NCBI GenBank assembly: GCA_963752255.1
Contig: CAVVXT010000006.1
Span: forward strand, 1 to 62,904
Reading direction: 5' to 3'
DNA length: 62,904 nucleotides
Source of the DNA: Nitrososphaeria archaeon
GTDB lineage: Archaea; Thermoproteota; Nitrososphaeria; JACIWG01
The first letter of the stretch is position 1. Every line of letters begins with the position of its first letter. This document shows, one piece after another, positions 1 through 10,053 of the stretch. The notes beneath the pieces were generated by a model that did no database searches, was not told the origin of the DNA, and was given only the letters and a program-made list of their open reading frames with translations. A program made the position numbers and the translations under genes.

Positions 1-126
1 ATGAGATGAAACTCCCTGAACCAAATTGTATAAGACACCGTAATTGTCAAACAAGTTTGAGAGTATGCCGAAGCTTGCGAAAAGTGATACCGTCCAAATA
101 ATAATCATTATGTAGGCTATTCTCAA
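1..126 (-). CDS. Partial hypothetical membrane/secreted protein running off the window start
   Basis: Manual translation from TTG at 126: LRIAYIMIIIWTVSLFASFGILSNLFDNY..., hydrophobic N-terminus, open to base 1. Confidence 0.3.
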   Translation of the reverse strand, partial: MRIAYIMIIIWTVSLFASFGILSNLFDNYGVLYNLVQGVSSH

Positions 127-519
127 ACTTAAACTCCCTTTGCTTCTCTCAATCTTATAGTCTATAAAGTTTCTTCTAAAAATTCTTTTATATCATAAGC
201 TGTCCTTGAACATGTTTGTCTAATGTCTTCTCATGTTCTTCTATGAAATCATTGTTAGGGTTCGAAGCTTCATCTGATCCTTTTGGTTCTTTCTTAGGAT
301 AGTAACCCTCCTCCATTCTTGGCGCAAGGAATGCTCCTATTACCGAGGTCTTAAGTATGTCTTTATAGAGAATAATTGCGATTATAAATTGTATACATTC
401 GAGCCCACAACTACCATAAAGTCCAACAATGGTCCACTCTTGTAGACTAATGATTTACCATCCCACACTTGTAGTCCACAAAACAAGAATTAAGTACAAG
501 TAAACACTCTATAATAGTT

Positions 520-1202
520 ATGAGTAGGGAGGAATTTCAAGACAGATTCAATCGGGATAGGGCAGAACTGTTCGAAGCATTAGGGCATCCAATTAGACTT
601 GAAATTCTCCAATCATTGTCAAATGAACCGCTGAGCTTTTCAGAACTCAAAAGGAAGGTAAAAATAGAAAGTAGTGGCCATCTCTCCTTCCACCTAAACA
701 AGCTTAGAGACCTTGTAACAACAAATCCCGAAGGCAACTACCAGCTCACAGATGAAGGTAAGGAAGCTCTAACAGCGATCAGAATCATCGAGACCTTCGT
801 TAAAGCTAAGGGCTCAAAGCCCTCGTGGTGGAAGCCATTATGGATCTGGGTTCTGCTTTCATGTTCTGCCTTAGTGGCTGCAGGCTACTTTTTTTAAAAA
901 CTCCTTGGGAGCAGTTGATGAGTGGAACGGTTTTAATCCTTCTCCTGATAGGCATCTCATATTACATACGTGTGCGTCCGTCTCTTACTGTGAACAGGGG
1001 GATGTACATACTGCTTGGCGTTACCCCTATTGGCTTTCTACTTTGGGCGGCTGAATTTTTTGTCTTAAGCCATTTCATCACCATAGGTTCAGTTGTATTG
1101 CCGCTGGCTCTCGCCATTACTATTATACCCTTCTTGATTGGAGCCTTCATAGGAGACTGGATAGGCAGACGAAGAAACTATCGTCTTCCGTTAAGCCCCT
1201 AA
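520..1202 (+). pseudogene. ArsR-family winged-helix regulator fused to a multi-TM domain, split by a frameshift (ORFs 520-897 and 825-1202)
   Basis: LFEALGHPIRLEIL...SFSELK...GHLSFHLNKL...GNYQLTDEG; the hydrophobic C-terminus continues in the -1 frame across a T7A5 run at 889-900. Confidence 0.8.
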
Positions 1203-1571
1203 GTTCCTAAGACTTTAAGTTGTTCGTGAACGGTTACGTATGATGTAACGATGGCAATATATGCGCATTGCCGTTTTGGTGACTAGTAATCTCGGAGATA
1301 TTATTTAAGGGCCTAAAGTTGAAAATGGCGCTGATAGACGAATGTAATGTCTTCTCGACCTTGACACAAATATTTGAATGTACTTCATATGATTTAGGTT
1401 GCAGCCAATGAGATATTGTACTATCAGCGAACCTATTTATTAATTTGCCGATTCAAATCTTCTCTCAGTTCTTTGATTTCAGCATCATATTTTTTTATCT
1501 GATTTTTCTTTTACTGCCTTTCATAATGTGCTAAAATATAGCCCGAAATATAACGCCTGTGAGGAAGCCAG

Positions 1572-2048
1572 ATGTTTAGAGACCGAGAAGAAAGGCGCCG
1601 ACGGCTACACGAGATAATCGAGAGGTTCCGTCAAAAAGGAGCTACAAGCCCAGAAAAAGCCATGACCATTCAGGAGCTGGGTTTGCCGACGCGTTTTGAA
1701 GAAGCTATGCATCGAAGACTTGGTCAATTAGGCATTTTTGTTGAAATAAACGGTAAGTATTATCTGGATGAAGAACGGCTTAAACAAATCCAAGAGCTAC
1801 GTGTCAAAGGGGGGTCTGGAAGCGGTGGAGGTGGTGGCTGGAGTAGAGCGGGCTCGCCGACATGGTCCCGCGTTGTCGGGATTTTGCTTATGCTGCCGAT
1901 TGGTATCATCATCGCCCTTGTGCTGTTTTACTTTGTCGCTTTTAGGGGAGGGTTCTTTCCAGGGGAATTCCTTATCATTCTTTTGGTCATCTTCCTTGTG
2001 TTGGCTTTGGTCCGATTGCTGTTCTGGAGTTCGAGAAGGAGATATTAG
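1572..2048 (+). CDS. Hypothetical protein with a soluble N-domain, Gly-rich linker and two C-terminal TM helices
   Basis: 158 aa ORF; GGSGSGGGGG linker followed by two hydrophobic segments. Confidence 0.75.
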   Translation: MFRDREERRRRLHEIIERFRQKGATSPEKAMTIQELGLPTRFEEAMHRRLGQLGIFVEINGKYYLDEERLKQIQELRVKGGSGSGGGGGWSRAGSPTWSRVVGILLMLPIGIIIALVLFYFVAFRGGFFPGEFLIILLVIFLVLALVRLLFWSSRRRY

Positions 2049-2344
2049 CTTGAGCATTGGGGGAGAACGGAGCAGCCCATTTACGAATCATTTTACATCT
2101 CCATCTTGGCGTTAATTGGCCTTACAATGATATAATTATGTTTTTTAGCCAATTTTCAATAAATATAAGGTTTTAGTATTTGCTAAAATGTGCAAGCTAG
2201 TTTAGTTAATAGTCTTCTAATGTAGAACTATCATCCTTGTGCACGTCTAGATCTCAGAAATAGAGAAGATAGTTAAATTTCTAAGAGAAAATGCCATCAA
2301 TTCAGCTCTGTTTCCACAACCTCGGAAGAGTTGCCTTTGAGGCT

Positions 2345-4087
2345 TCACAGGTTAGTAATTGGAATAGGATCTATTTCCATAATGTAGGTCGAGGTCAGCG
2401 TAGGCATTAGATACTGCTCTTCACTTTCTTTACTGGCATGTTCTATGCCTCTTCGGACATAGTGTCTCCAGAGGATAAAACCGATAATCACCATCAGGAT
2501 GGAAATGTACAGCACATCGTTGTAGTTCAGAAAGATGCAGTTGGGAGTTGCCTCAGTAAAATTCCAGGCTTTGATAAAGCATGTGTTATAAGCCACACGC
2601 TCTGTACCCCAAGGCCAACCCCCACCGCCAACAGGGAGACCAGACCAAAACTGCCATACGGTGAATCCGAGCCAAAGTTCTCCCCAAACGAGATGAATTT
2701 CAGTGTAAACGATAGATGCTCCCATAGCTCCTATGACGAGCAATGTGAAGCCAAAGGCGGAAAGGATGGCGTCACCGTTAACCTTTCCAAAAGATGAAGC
2801 CTTCCAAATGAAAAGGCCGATGCATGCAAGGAGAACACCGACTTCTAATGTTTGGGTAAGTGTTAAAGGTATACTTTTGGATAATAGTTCTCCTCCGAAG
2901 ATCTCGAAAGAAAGGGAGGGGTAGAAAGGATAAGCATTAAGGGTCTGCACCATTGTGAATATATATGCTGACAGCCCGAAGCCCAGAGAGAAAAGGGTTG
3001 CTCCTAGGATGCTATACGGCTTTAGCCGTATTCTACCCTTTCTGTTATTCCATAGGGTGAATATGCTTGCTAAAGGCAGGGTGAAGATCCACACATAACT
3101 GTAGATGTTGTTTCTGATGAAATCTTGTAAGGAAGGCCCTGAAGCTGTGGAAAAAGAATAGATGCTTGTATAACGGTAATTGTCTAAATAGTAAAATAGT
3201 TTTGTGAAACTGTTCCCATAATCAAAAAAAAGTGTTGGGTGAATAAATATTATGAAGTTAAGCATGACCGCGAACGCGGCAAAGTATGCGATAGCCTTTA
3301 CCAATTTTTTTCTGTTCAATATTAACCAGAAGGGAAAATAAAAAAGCAGCACCGCTGCCTGGAACGATCCTAACGCAAGAAATAATGAACTGAGGACATA
3401 TCCGTGCACATGCCATTCGGTATTCCTAATCTTGCCTAGGAAAGGGATCTTTACCGTACTGAGAGTTGAACACCAGATAGATAGAAGTCCAAACAAAAGG
3501 ATCAAAACATTCGTATCCCCCCAAAAATACTCTGTAAAGTAAACAGGGGATATCGTCATAGCCAAATTCTTTAGTAAAGAATACTGCGATATGGTCTGTC
3601 CAAAGTCGAAAAGTTGAAAGGGCATTATGAAGATCATTAATAGAAAAAATAGTCTAGTCTTAAAGCCCTTAAACATTTTTAAGGATAAGAACCCAGCGAT
3701 CGCGACGGCAAATAATGAAATGGCTTCCCAAACAATTTTTGCACTTGTAGGGAACAGTGCGGATAAAGGGGATAAGAATGCAGCGAACATCGGAGTGTAT
3801 GAATAATCCGATCCGGACCAACACCATTTCTGCCAGAAGGAAGGTAACTGTACCGTAGTCCATAGGACGTACACATCCTTTGGTTTTGTCCAGACCTGAC
3901 TTGAAGCCCGCAATAGGTTATAAAAGTCGTAGGGCTGTTTATTCTGTGAAAAGGATAGGGAATTAGCTTCCACAAACACCCAAATATTTAGTATCAAGAG
4001 AATGATAAACACAGTATATACTAAAACTTCTTTGTTAATTGAAACATTAAAACGAGGTGTTAAATGTTTACTGTCAGGTGTATCCAT
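2345..4087 (-). CDS. Polytopic membrane protein, GT-C fold glycosyltransferase (GT87/DUF2029-like)
   Basis: 580 aa with many TM segments; YDFYNL in the first loop and YSYTPMFAAFLSPL resemble GT87 motifs. Confidence 0.6.
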   Translation of the reverse strand: MDTPDSKHLTPRFNVSINKEVLVYTVFIILLILNIWVFVEANSLSFSQNKQPYDFYNLLRASSQVWTKPKDVYVLWTTVQLPSFWQKWCWSGSDYSYTPMFAAFLSPLSALFPTSAKIVWEAISLFAVAIAGFLSLKMFKGFKTRLFFLLMIFIMPFQLFDFGQTISQYSLLKNLAMTISPVYFTEYFWGDTNVLILLFGLLSIWCSTLSTVKIPFLGKIRNTEWHVHGYVLSSLFLALGSFQAAVLLFYFPFWLILNRKKLVKAIAYFAAFAVMLNFIIFIHPTLFFDYGNSFTKLFYYLDNYRYTSIYSFSTASGPSLQDFIRNNIYSYVWIFTLPLASIFTLWNNRKGRIRLKPYSILGATLFSLGFGLSAYIFTMVQTLNAYPFYPSLSFEIFGGELLSKSIPLTLTQTLEVGVLLACIGLFIWKASSFGKVNGDAILSAFGFTLLVIGAMGASIVYTEIHLVWGELWLGFTVWQFWSGLPVGGGGWPWGTERVAYNTCFIKAWNFTEATPNCIFLNYNDVLYISILMVIIGFILWRHYVRRGIEHASKESEEQYLMPTLTSTYIMEIDPIPITNL

Positions 4088-4196
4088 TGCGACTACCTTG
4101 GCTACAACATTTATGTGTAATCCTAGCCAAGTATAAACACTTTTAGAAATATATAAACCACTTCAGTTAATTTGGGATAGTAAACGAAGTTTCCAA

Positions 4197-4334
4197 ATGC
4201 CATATTCTGGAGTTGATTATACTCCAACTTACATTGTTGACTACATAGTAAAGAACACATTAGGACAAATGATAAAAGAAAAAAGGGATGGACAGATAAA
4301 GGTATTAGATCTAAGCTTGGGCCAGGATCTCTGA
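4197..4334 (+). pseudogene. Fragment of an N6-adenine DNA methyltransferase (type IIG/I R-M)
   Basis: Manual translation GVDYTPTYIVDYIVKNTLG...IKVLDLS matches the GxYYTPxxIVDYIV...KILDP region that precedes motif I. Confidence 0.7.
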
Positions 4335-4651
4335 ACAGATAGCTGACTTCCTTAGTAAAAACATGTGTTTTGACAGAACAACGAATAAATAACGGTATTG
4401 AGGTTATAAAGAGTAAGCAACAAGAACATTACTCATGAAAGTTAGAAACCCGAGGAAAGAGTAGACAAGTATCAACCTTGGTATTAATGCTCCATCCTTT
4501 GCCCCGTTGGTGCTGTCAAGCTGCAGGATTGGCTAAAATGTATAGCCTCGAGGTTCGAGCTGGAAGGGACCTATCCGTATATTCGCGAACCCCGCGCGGG
4601 GTCATGTTCATTCGCGAAATTCTTAGTTTTAAAGAGGTCGGAGCAAATTAG

Positions 4652-4966
4652 TCACACGCGTTTCACTTCAGACTCGACTCCCCGCCCGGCGCGTTCGAAA
4701 AGGTCGAGAATCTCTGGCCAAACCCTGTGTAAAGTGTGAATGAAGCCACCCAGAGCTATTGTCAAAAGGTTCTCGATGATGTGAGAAAGAGGGACGCCCT
4801 GAAGCACAAGAGCGTTGGAGCTGATGCTCTGAGCAGGAGCTGACTGCAAGAATATCCAATACCAGTACAGTGCACTAGCGAAGCCGTAAAACGAAAGAGC
4901 GATGCTCCCGACCTCTACCGCCACGGCAAACAACTTCTTGTTATTCATGATCTGATGATTCAGCAT
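4652..4966 (-). CDS. Hypothetical two-TM membrane protein
   Basis: 104 aa ORF with two hydrophobic helices, GC-richer than its flanks. Confidence 0.55.
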   Translation of the reverse strand: MLNHQIMNNKKLFAVAVEVGSIALSFYGFASALYWYWIFLQSAPAQSISSNALVLQGVPLSHIIENLLTIALGGFIHTLHRVWPEILDLFERAGRGVESEVKRV

Positions 4967-5568
4967 TTAGTTATTTTAATGTTCACAAAAAAAGAGTTGG
5001 AAATCTCCCAATCGGCTTAGTGATTCCTATTGTTCTTATTAAATCTCTAATGAACGTTTTCTCTATTTAATTGGTGGATAAGGGCTTCTTTATATATTAG
5101 GACCACTAATTATATTTGATAGCGATGCGTCTTAGTGGATTTGTTACTAGCATGGAAGGTTATCTGATTAGGAGCAGAGGCTATCACAGTCGACCTAGAA
5201 ATTTTAGGAACATCTAGCGAATCATATTTGTGGTCCACTATAGCCATGTAGGGTAAGGTCAAGGTTTGTAAGATGTGGCACCTTGCTAATCTATTTTTAA
5301 CTTATTTGTCATTATTACTTCTTTTTCCTTTTCGATTGATTTATATTACTATCGTGGCCAGATTGTCCCATAGCTTTGTCAAAATGGTTCATTACTTTTC
5401 CGGACTTGTATGCATGGCCTATTTTTTGTATGTTTGCCTTTTCCAATTGTGTATTCCCTCTTCTTCTTTGCTGGTATTATCCATCGGAACAGCTTAGAAC
5501 GTTCGAAGATTCAGTATTAAAATTGATTTCCTTTTTATTATCTCAAGAATCCTGTTATATGGAAATTT

Positions 5569-5868
5569 TTAACCCTTCCACAGGCCGATGATCAACCCTA
5601 TTATGAAAAATATCGAAGAATATGGCAGCAGGTTGATAAAGGGACTTGCTCCAGACCAAATTTGTGGTAGGTACTTTAGTGCTGAGTTTGCAATATCTGT
5701 AAGAGATGGTAGCGCTAGTGTATATCCTATAACAAACAATACAGCTAAAAGTATGATGATTGCCAAAATGAGCTTAAACGCGACTTTAACAATTATACCC
5801 ACAATCAATCCTAGGATTAAAGGTATTATTATGGGTAATATCCATGCAAATTCTGGTGAAATGGTCAC
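5569..5868 (-). CDS. Small hydrophobic membrane protein
   Basis: 99 aa, three TM helices; TTTAAA upstream. Confidence 0.65.
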   Translation of the reverse strand: MTISPEFAWILPIIIPLILGLIVGIIVKVAFKLILAIIILLAVLFVIGYTLALPSLTDIANSALKYLPQIWSGASPFINLLPYSSIFFIIGLIIGLWKG

Positions 5869-5958
5869 ATCTTAAGTTTAGCATCACTAGGATTTAAAAG
5901 TTTGTTAAAATGAAACCACTTCGCTTTCGAAGGCTTTAACACCAAGCTTCATCTGGGA

Positions 5959-6060
5959 CAATATAATCCTTTTCAGGTTACAAATCCCAAAATACATGTA
6001 GCCAACAAGTGTAGCATAGTTAGCAGCCTGTGCGACTACCTCAGGATCTGTTAGCTCTAT
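5959..6060 (-). pseudogene. Fragment of a restriction endonuclease domain (HsdR_N / type IIG, QxxxY motif)
   Basis: Manual translation IELTDPEVVAQAANYATLVGYMYFGICNLKRIIL. Confidence 0.5.
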
Positions 6061-6255
6061 ATCTCAAGCTACCAATCCACCTTCTTTTTGTATTTGGCTA
6101 TTTGTGAAAATAACAGAAGATGGGCTATCAATGCCAAAAGAAAAGTTCTTATGAAATACCTGAGGTTGCAGTAGCATCTGTCAACAGCTTATTCGGAAGA
6201 GTTTGGTTTTCCCTCAAAATGAAGGGACAAACAATTTCTCTTTAGCACTCTTCAT

Positions 6256-6741
6256 CTAGAAATGATTCATGATAAAATCCCTAGCAGTTTTGTGTGTAGC
6301 CATAAGTCCAACGATCTTTTTTGTAGCTAGGGCTATTTGCGCATCGAACAGCCTTGTTATAACCAGCGAAAACATAAACCCAAAAATGCCGATGATAACT
6401 CCTTGGGCAAAGTCTATTTTGCCTAAGTACAAGATGAATATTAACGTAATGGCGGAACCTAGCTGCCCCATTATGAAGGCTCTTATGATAAAGTAGAGTC
6501 GCTGTAACCATGTAGAAAGCAACAGCGCCTTGATCACTGCTCTTTTTCCGGTCTCACTTTCAGCTCCAGATGCAACACTTCCTACCTGTTGTAGCATCAT
6601 TTTTGTGTAATTCACATCTGATAAACGTAGTATCTTTTTTGCATAAGTAGCGCTTGATAAATCCTTGGAAGTTGCGCTTTCAAGCTCTAACAAAACTCTT
6701 TGTGCTATTACGTCTATTTCGGCATCTATTCTAGTTGCCAT
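6256..6741 (-). CDS. Hypothetical protein with two TM helices
   Basis: 161 aa ORF with ATG start and a hydrophobic C-terminal half. Confidence 0.7.
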   Translation of the reverse strand: MATRIDAEIDVIAQRVLLELESATSKDLSSATYAKKILRLSDVNYTKMMLQQVGSVASGAESETGKRAVIKALLLSTWLQRLYFIIRAFIMGQLGSAITLIFILYLGKIDFAQGVIIGIFGFMFSLVITRLFDAQIALATKKIVGLMATHKTARDFIMNHF

Positions 6742-6970
6742 TATCGCACCCGAATGATTACCTAAAACTACATTAAATGCTTTAGGTGTGCGTCTGATAA
6801 GAATAACTGTTCTTGTCGTTGGGCATCCTAATGTAGGACCAAGGAATCTACAAAACCTTAATCCTGTAGATTCTTAGACTCATAAAATTAGGATTGAAAG
6901 ACCTACAACCATTGACGTGGAAGCGCGTCCAATAACTTCGACAAGTTATAAGTTTGATATCGTCATAAGG

Positions 6971-6977
6971 TTTATAT
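6971..6977 (+). promoter_or_regulatory. Archaeal TATA box for the 7001 operon (probably leaderless)
   Basis: TTTATAT 24-30 nt upstream of the ATG at 7001. Confidence 0.5.
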
Positions 6978-7000
6978 GAGCCATTGTTAAGCCATAAATT

Positions 7001-7246
7001 ATGTCGGTAGAAACAAAGAAAGAAGTTGAAGAAATTGCGAACAAAGTTAGTGCGAAGATACAGGATACGCTTGATCAGTTAAATAGCAGTGTAAAAAAAC
7101 TTAGGCAAGATGTAGAAGGAGGGGTTAACAAAGCGGAGACTCTAACTATACAGCATCCGGGAGCAGCCTTAGCGGTCGCATTCTTAGCTGGTCTGGCAGT
7201 TGGTGGAGTGATAGTACTAGCTGCGTCTAAGAAAAAAGAAGATTAG
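7001..7246 (+). CDS. ElaB/YqjD (DUF883)-like tail-anchored protein
   Basis: Charged helical N-terminus followed by QHPGAALAVAFLAGLAVG as a C-terminal anchor. Confidence 0.7.
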   Translation: MSVETKKEVEEIANKVSAKIQDTLDQLNSSVKKLRQDVEGGVNKAETLTIQHPGAALAVAFLAGLAVGGVIVLAASKKKED

Positions 7247-7251
7247 CTCTC

Positions 7252-7554
7252 ATGAGCCAGCAAAAGTCAATATTCGGCACTGTTAAAGAGAAAGTCTTCG
7301 ACTATCTTGAGAACTTGATAGTCGGGGCTGTGAAGGAAAAGATAAACGAATTCATCCGTACTTTCTTTAGAATGTTGATTTTGTTGGCTGTAGCCTTTAC
7401 TTTTTTTCTGATCGGGTTTATTTATGTTACCTTTGGCATCATCAAGGCTCTGACAATTGTAATACCAGAATGGGCTAGTTTGATTGTTGTTGGTTTGATA
7501 ATATTGGTTCTTGGTTATGTTGTATTCAGAGAATTTAGCAGGAAACTTAAGTGA
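7252..7554 (+). CDS. YqjE / phage-holin-3_6-like membrane protein
   Basis: Two TM helices with WASLIVVGLIILVLG; lies 5 nt downstream of the DUF883-like gene, the usual pairing. Confidence 0.65.
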   Translation: MSQQKSIFGTVKEKVFDYLENLIVGAVKEKINEFIRTFFRMLILLAVAFTFFLIGFIYVTFGIIKALTIVIPEWASLIVVGLIILVLGYVVFREFSRKLK

Positions 7555-7681
7555 ACGAACACTAGAAAGACTCGAAATTAACTATTTAGAAGCCTAAAAT
7601 TATCCCGAATATAGCGAGAAGTTAACGTAATTAATTCATGTTAAAAAAGAAAAATGGAGGATTGCGGGTGTTACCTCATCT

Positions 7682-7706
7682 GTCGTGGGTTCAAATCCCA
7701 GCCAAC
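7682..7706 (+). pseudogene. tRNA 3'-half-like fragment (T-arm), possible att remnant
   Basis: GTCGTGGGTTCAAATCCCA gives TGGG-TTCAAAT-CCCA; no D arm or anticodon arm upstream. Confidence 0.5.
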
Positions 7707-7757
7707 CAATGCTCCAAGTCACAAGTGACCTTTACTTTTTATACTATTACCCTTGCA

Positions 7758-7919
7758 TTACTTTCCAGTTAAAACGTTCCTTCCTTTAAAAAGCCGATAG
7801 ACCACTATGATTAAGATGACCACGATCAGTAGGTTTATCAATGAGCCGACGCCGAAGGTCACGAGTCCCAGTAACCACAGTATCACAAGTATGACAACGA
7901 CTGCCACTAACCAATCCAT
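7758..7919 (-). CDS. lmo0937/DUF5670-family small membrane protein (53 aa, below the ORF-track cutoff)
   Basis: MDWLVAVVVILVILWLLGLVTFGVGSLINLLIVVILIIVVYRLFKGRNVLTGK. Confidence 0.8.
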   Translation of the reverse strand: MDWLVAVVVILVILWLLGLVTFGVGSLINLLIVVILIIVVYRLFKGRNVLTGK

Positions 7920-8286
7920 TTCTAATTATCCCCATCTTATTGGGGACAATATGGTTAATAAACTCGATGTTTACATGGCGCGTCATTTTAAAAAAATGTA
8001 TTTTTTATTACATTATGCCTGAACAATCTTTTTCTCCTGTAAGTGGTGGTTTGTTAGGAACGGCCAACCTCTATGGGTTTATGATTGTTGTCAGCCTTAT
8101 GATTATTATTTCTGGAGTTGATATTCAAGCAAAAGGGTCGGTTTAATTAAGAACAGCCTTGTCAGGTAATTTGGGATAAAATAATATAAGGTAATAGAAA
8201 ATATATGTAGTGAGCTAGATGGTCCATGTTAGATTGAACAAACAGGCAGAGAAACTCCTTGACGAATCCCAAGTAGGCGAATTCAA

Positions 8287-9219
8287 ATGAATCTTCCCAC
8301 GCATATAATGTTCGGTGCGCTAATCGGAGCTCTTTTCTTTGGGAGGTGGGACATCATTTTGCTTGTTGCCATCGGGTCAGTCCTCCCTGATATGGATAGA
8401 GAGTATGGCTTTTTCAGCAAAGATTACTTCCGCGACCATCAGCTCCATCGAGCGATATACCACAACTTCGTTTTCATTGGGATCGTTTTTCTGATTAACC
8501 CTTACCTTGCACTGGGTGCTTTCTGTCATACCCTTCTTGATGGTATCAATACAGCAAAAGATCGGGGGGTGGAGTGGCTTTATCCTTTCTCAAGGCTAGT
8601 GAAGAAGGCTAGGTATGATCACGAAGGTAAAAAAATTGCGTTCGATATCAAAACTAAGGTATATATGTATCAAAACGACCCAGTCGAACTCACCAGAAAA
8701 ACCGCTGAGGATATGAAAGATTTTACTCTCAGGCCTTGGCGAAGGATTTACGGTCCCTTCTATTCTGGCGGTATCTTGGATATAGGAATTTTTGCTGGTT
8801 CCACTGCAATCATCCTGTTTTTGGCTCTCCTGTCTGTGTTTGGGATTAGGACTTTCATCGATTTTTACCACCCCCAATTTAGCTTCGACTTTATTGGTCC
8901 TTTGGCTATCAGTTCTTTGGGCGTTTCTCTAGTTTTGGGCATAGGTGAAATGAAGAGGCACATAGAAGCGAAAAAAGCTTCTCCGGCACCGCCGATGCTG
9001 TATAAGCTATCATTCTTTCTCTCGTTGTCCTTAATCGCGTTTGGGGTTGGGCTTGGAGCCTATCTCAACCCGAGTTCATATGGTACATCCATAAGCAATC
9101 TTCCCTACTTGGCGGCAGGAATCTTAATTGTATTTTTAACTGCCTTCATTGTGCTTAAAATCTATTCTTCAAGGTCAATTGTGAGAATGAGAAATGGCCT
9201 TGATCCATATGCAGTTTAA
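8287..9219 (+). CDS. Membrane-bound metal-dependent hydrolase (YdjM/DUF457 family)
   Basis: Motifs PTH, SVLPDMD, HRAIYHN, HTLLD and GVEWLYPF. Confidence 0.8.
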   Translation: MNLPTHIMFGALIGALFFGRWDIILLVAIGSVLPDMDREYGFFSKDYFRDHQLHRAIYHNFVFIGIVFLINPYLALGAFCHTLLDGINTAKDRGVEWLYPFSRLVKKARYDHEGKKIAFDIKTKVYMYQNDPVELTRKTAEDMKDFTLRPWRRIYGPFYSGGILDIGIFAGSTAIILFLALLSVFGIRTFIDFYHPQFSFDFIGPLAISSLGVSLVLGIGEMKRHIEAKKASPAPPMLYKLSFFLSLSLIAFGVGLGAYLNPSSYGTSISNLPYLAAGILIVFLTAFIVLKIYSSRSIVRMRNGLDPYAV

Positions 9220-9648
9220 TGCAGTGGTGTAATCTACAACAAAAAAGAATTTAATATCACTTTCTAGTTCATCATATCCTACCATTAAATAAAAGGATTT
9301 ATCATGAATTAACATGATTTAGGTTAAATCTCGAGCCATCATTAAAATTTAGAGAATTCTCATTGTTGACAATATATTAAATCTTAATTATTCTCCATGT
9401 GAATTTACCTACTCGTGATTCGTCAAGGAACTTAATCTGAGAAAGTCCAAGATTTCGCTCACCTTAGCCACGCGGATGTAAGCAATTGTACGCTGCAACT
9501 CTATATATTATTTTTACGCGCGCGCTGATGTGGGGAAACACGCAACTCGGATTACGCTGCATGTAAAGTGCGCGCGTGCCGGCGAATAGTTGTAATACAC
9601 TTCGGGCAAGGCTCAAGTGAGGGGCTCTTGCCGTGGCCGCTGAAGCGA

Positions 9649-10053
9649 TTATTTAGGAGCTTTAGGAGCGTCGGGAACGTTGGCATATCCGGTTGAAAAA
9701 GGTGCTTGGAATCTGCCCACGTTCTCTCTGATGATGCCATACCCCTTTTCTGCAAGGGAGTTTGGTAACTTGCCCAACTCTAGTGGTTTTGCATCGCGCT
9801 TGAGCGTAAGTTTGATTGTTGATCTCATTATTCCCTTGTCCAATTGTACACTCGCGATGTCTGAGTAACTGTAATCGGTGTAGTCCTTCTTCAATCCGAG
9901 CGCGTGGGGGTGTCGCATAATTATCCGTTGGTCCGTAATAATTAAGGAGTCGATGTTCATCTGAGGATGGTAGATTTTCTCCTTAATATAGAGCTCAACC
10001 TTTTCGTTCGGGCCAAGTATGTTCTTTATATCATCAGGCATAGCCATTGCCAT
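9649..10053 (-). CDS. Bacterial-type PH-domain protein
   Basis: LGPNEKV...LIITDQRII...DYSYSDIASVQLDKGI; start moved from 10107 to 10053 because of a TATA-like element at about 10078-10086. Confidence 0.75.
   Translation of the reverse strand: MAMAMPDDIKNILGPNEKVELYIKEKIYHPQMNIDSLIITDQRIIMRHPHALGLKKDYTDYSYSDIASVQLDKGIMRSTIKLTLKRDAKPLELGKLPNSLAEKGYGIIRENVGRFQAPFSTGYANVPDAPKAPK

Noticed and set aside
7640-7715. Functional tRNA gene
   Set aside because: Only the T-arm is recognisable; no D arm, anticodon arm or canonical acceptor stem can be folded.
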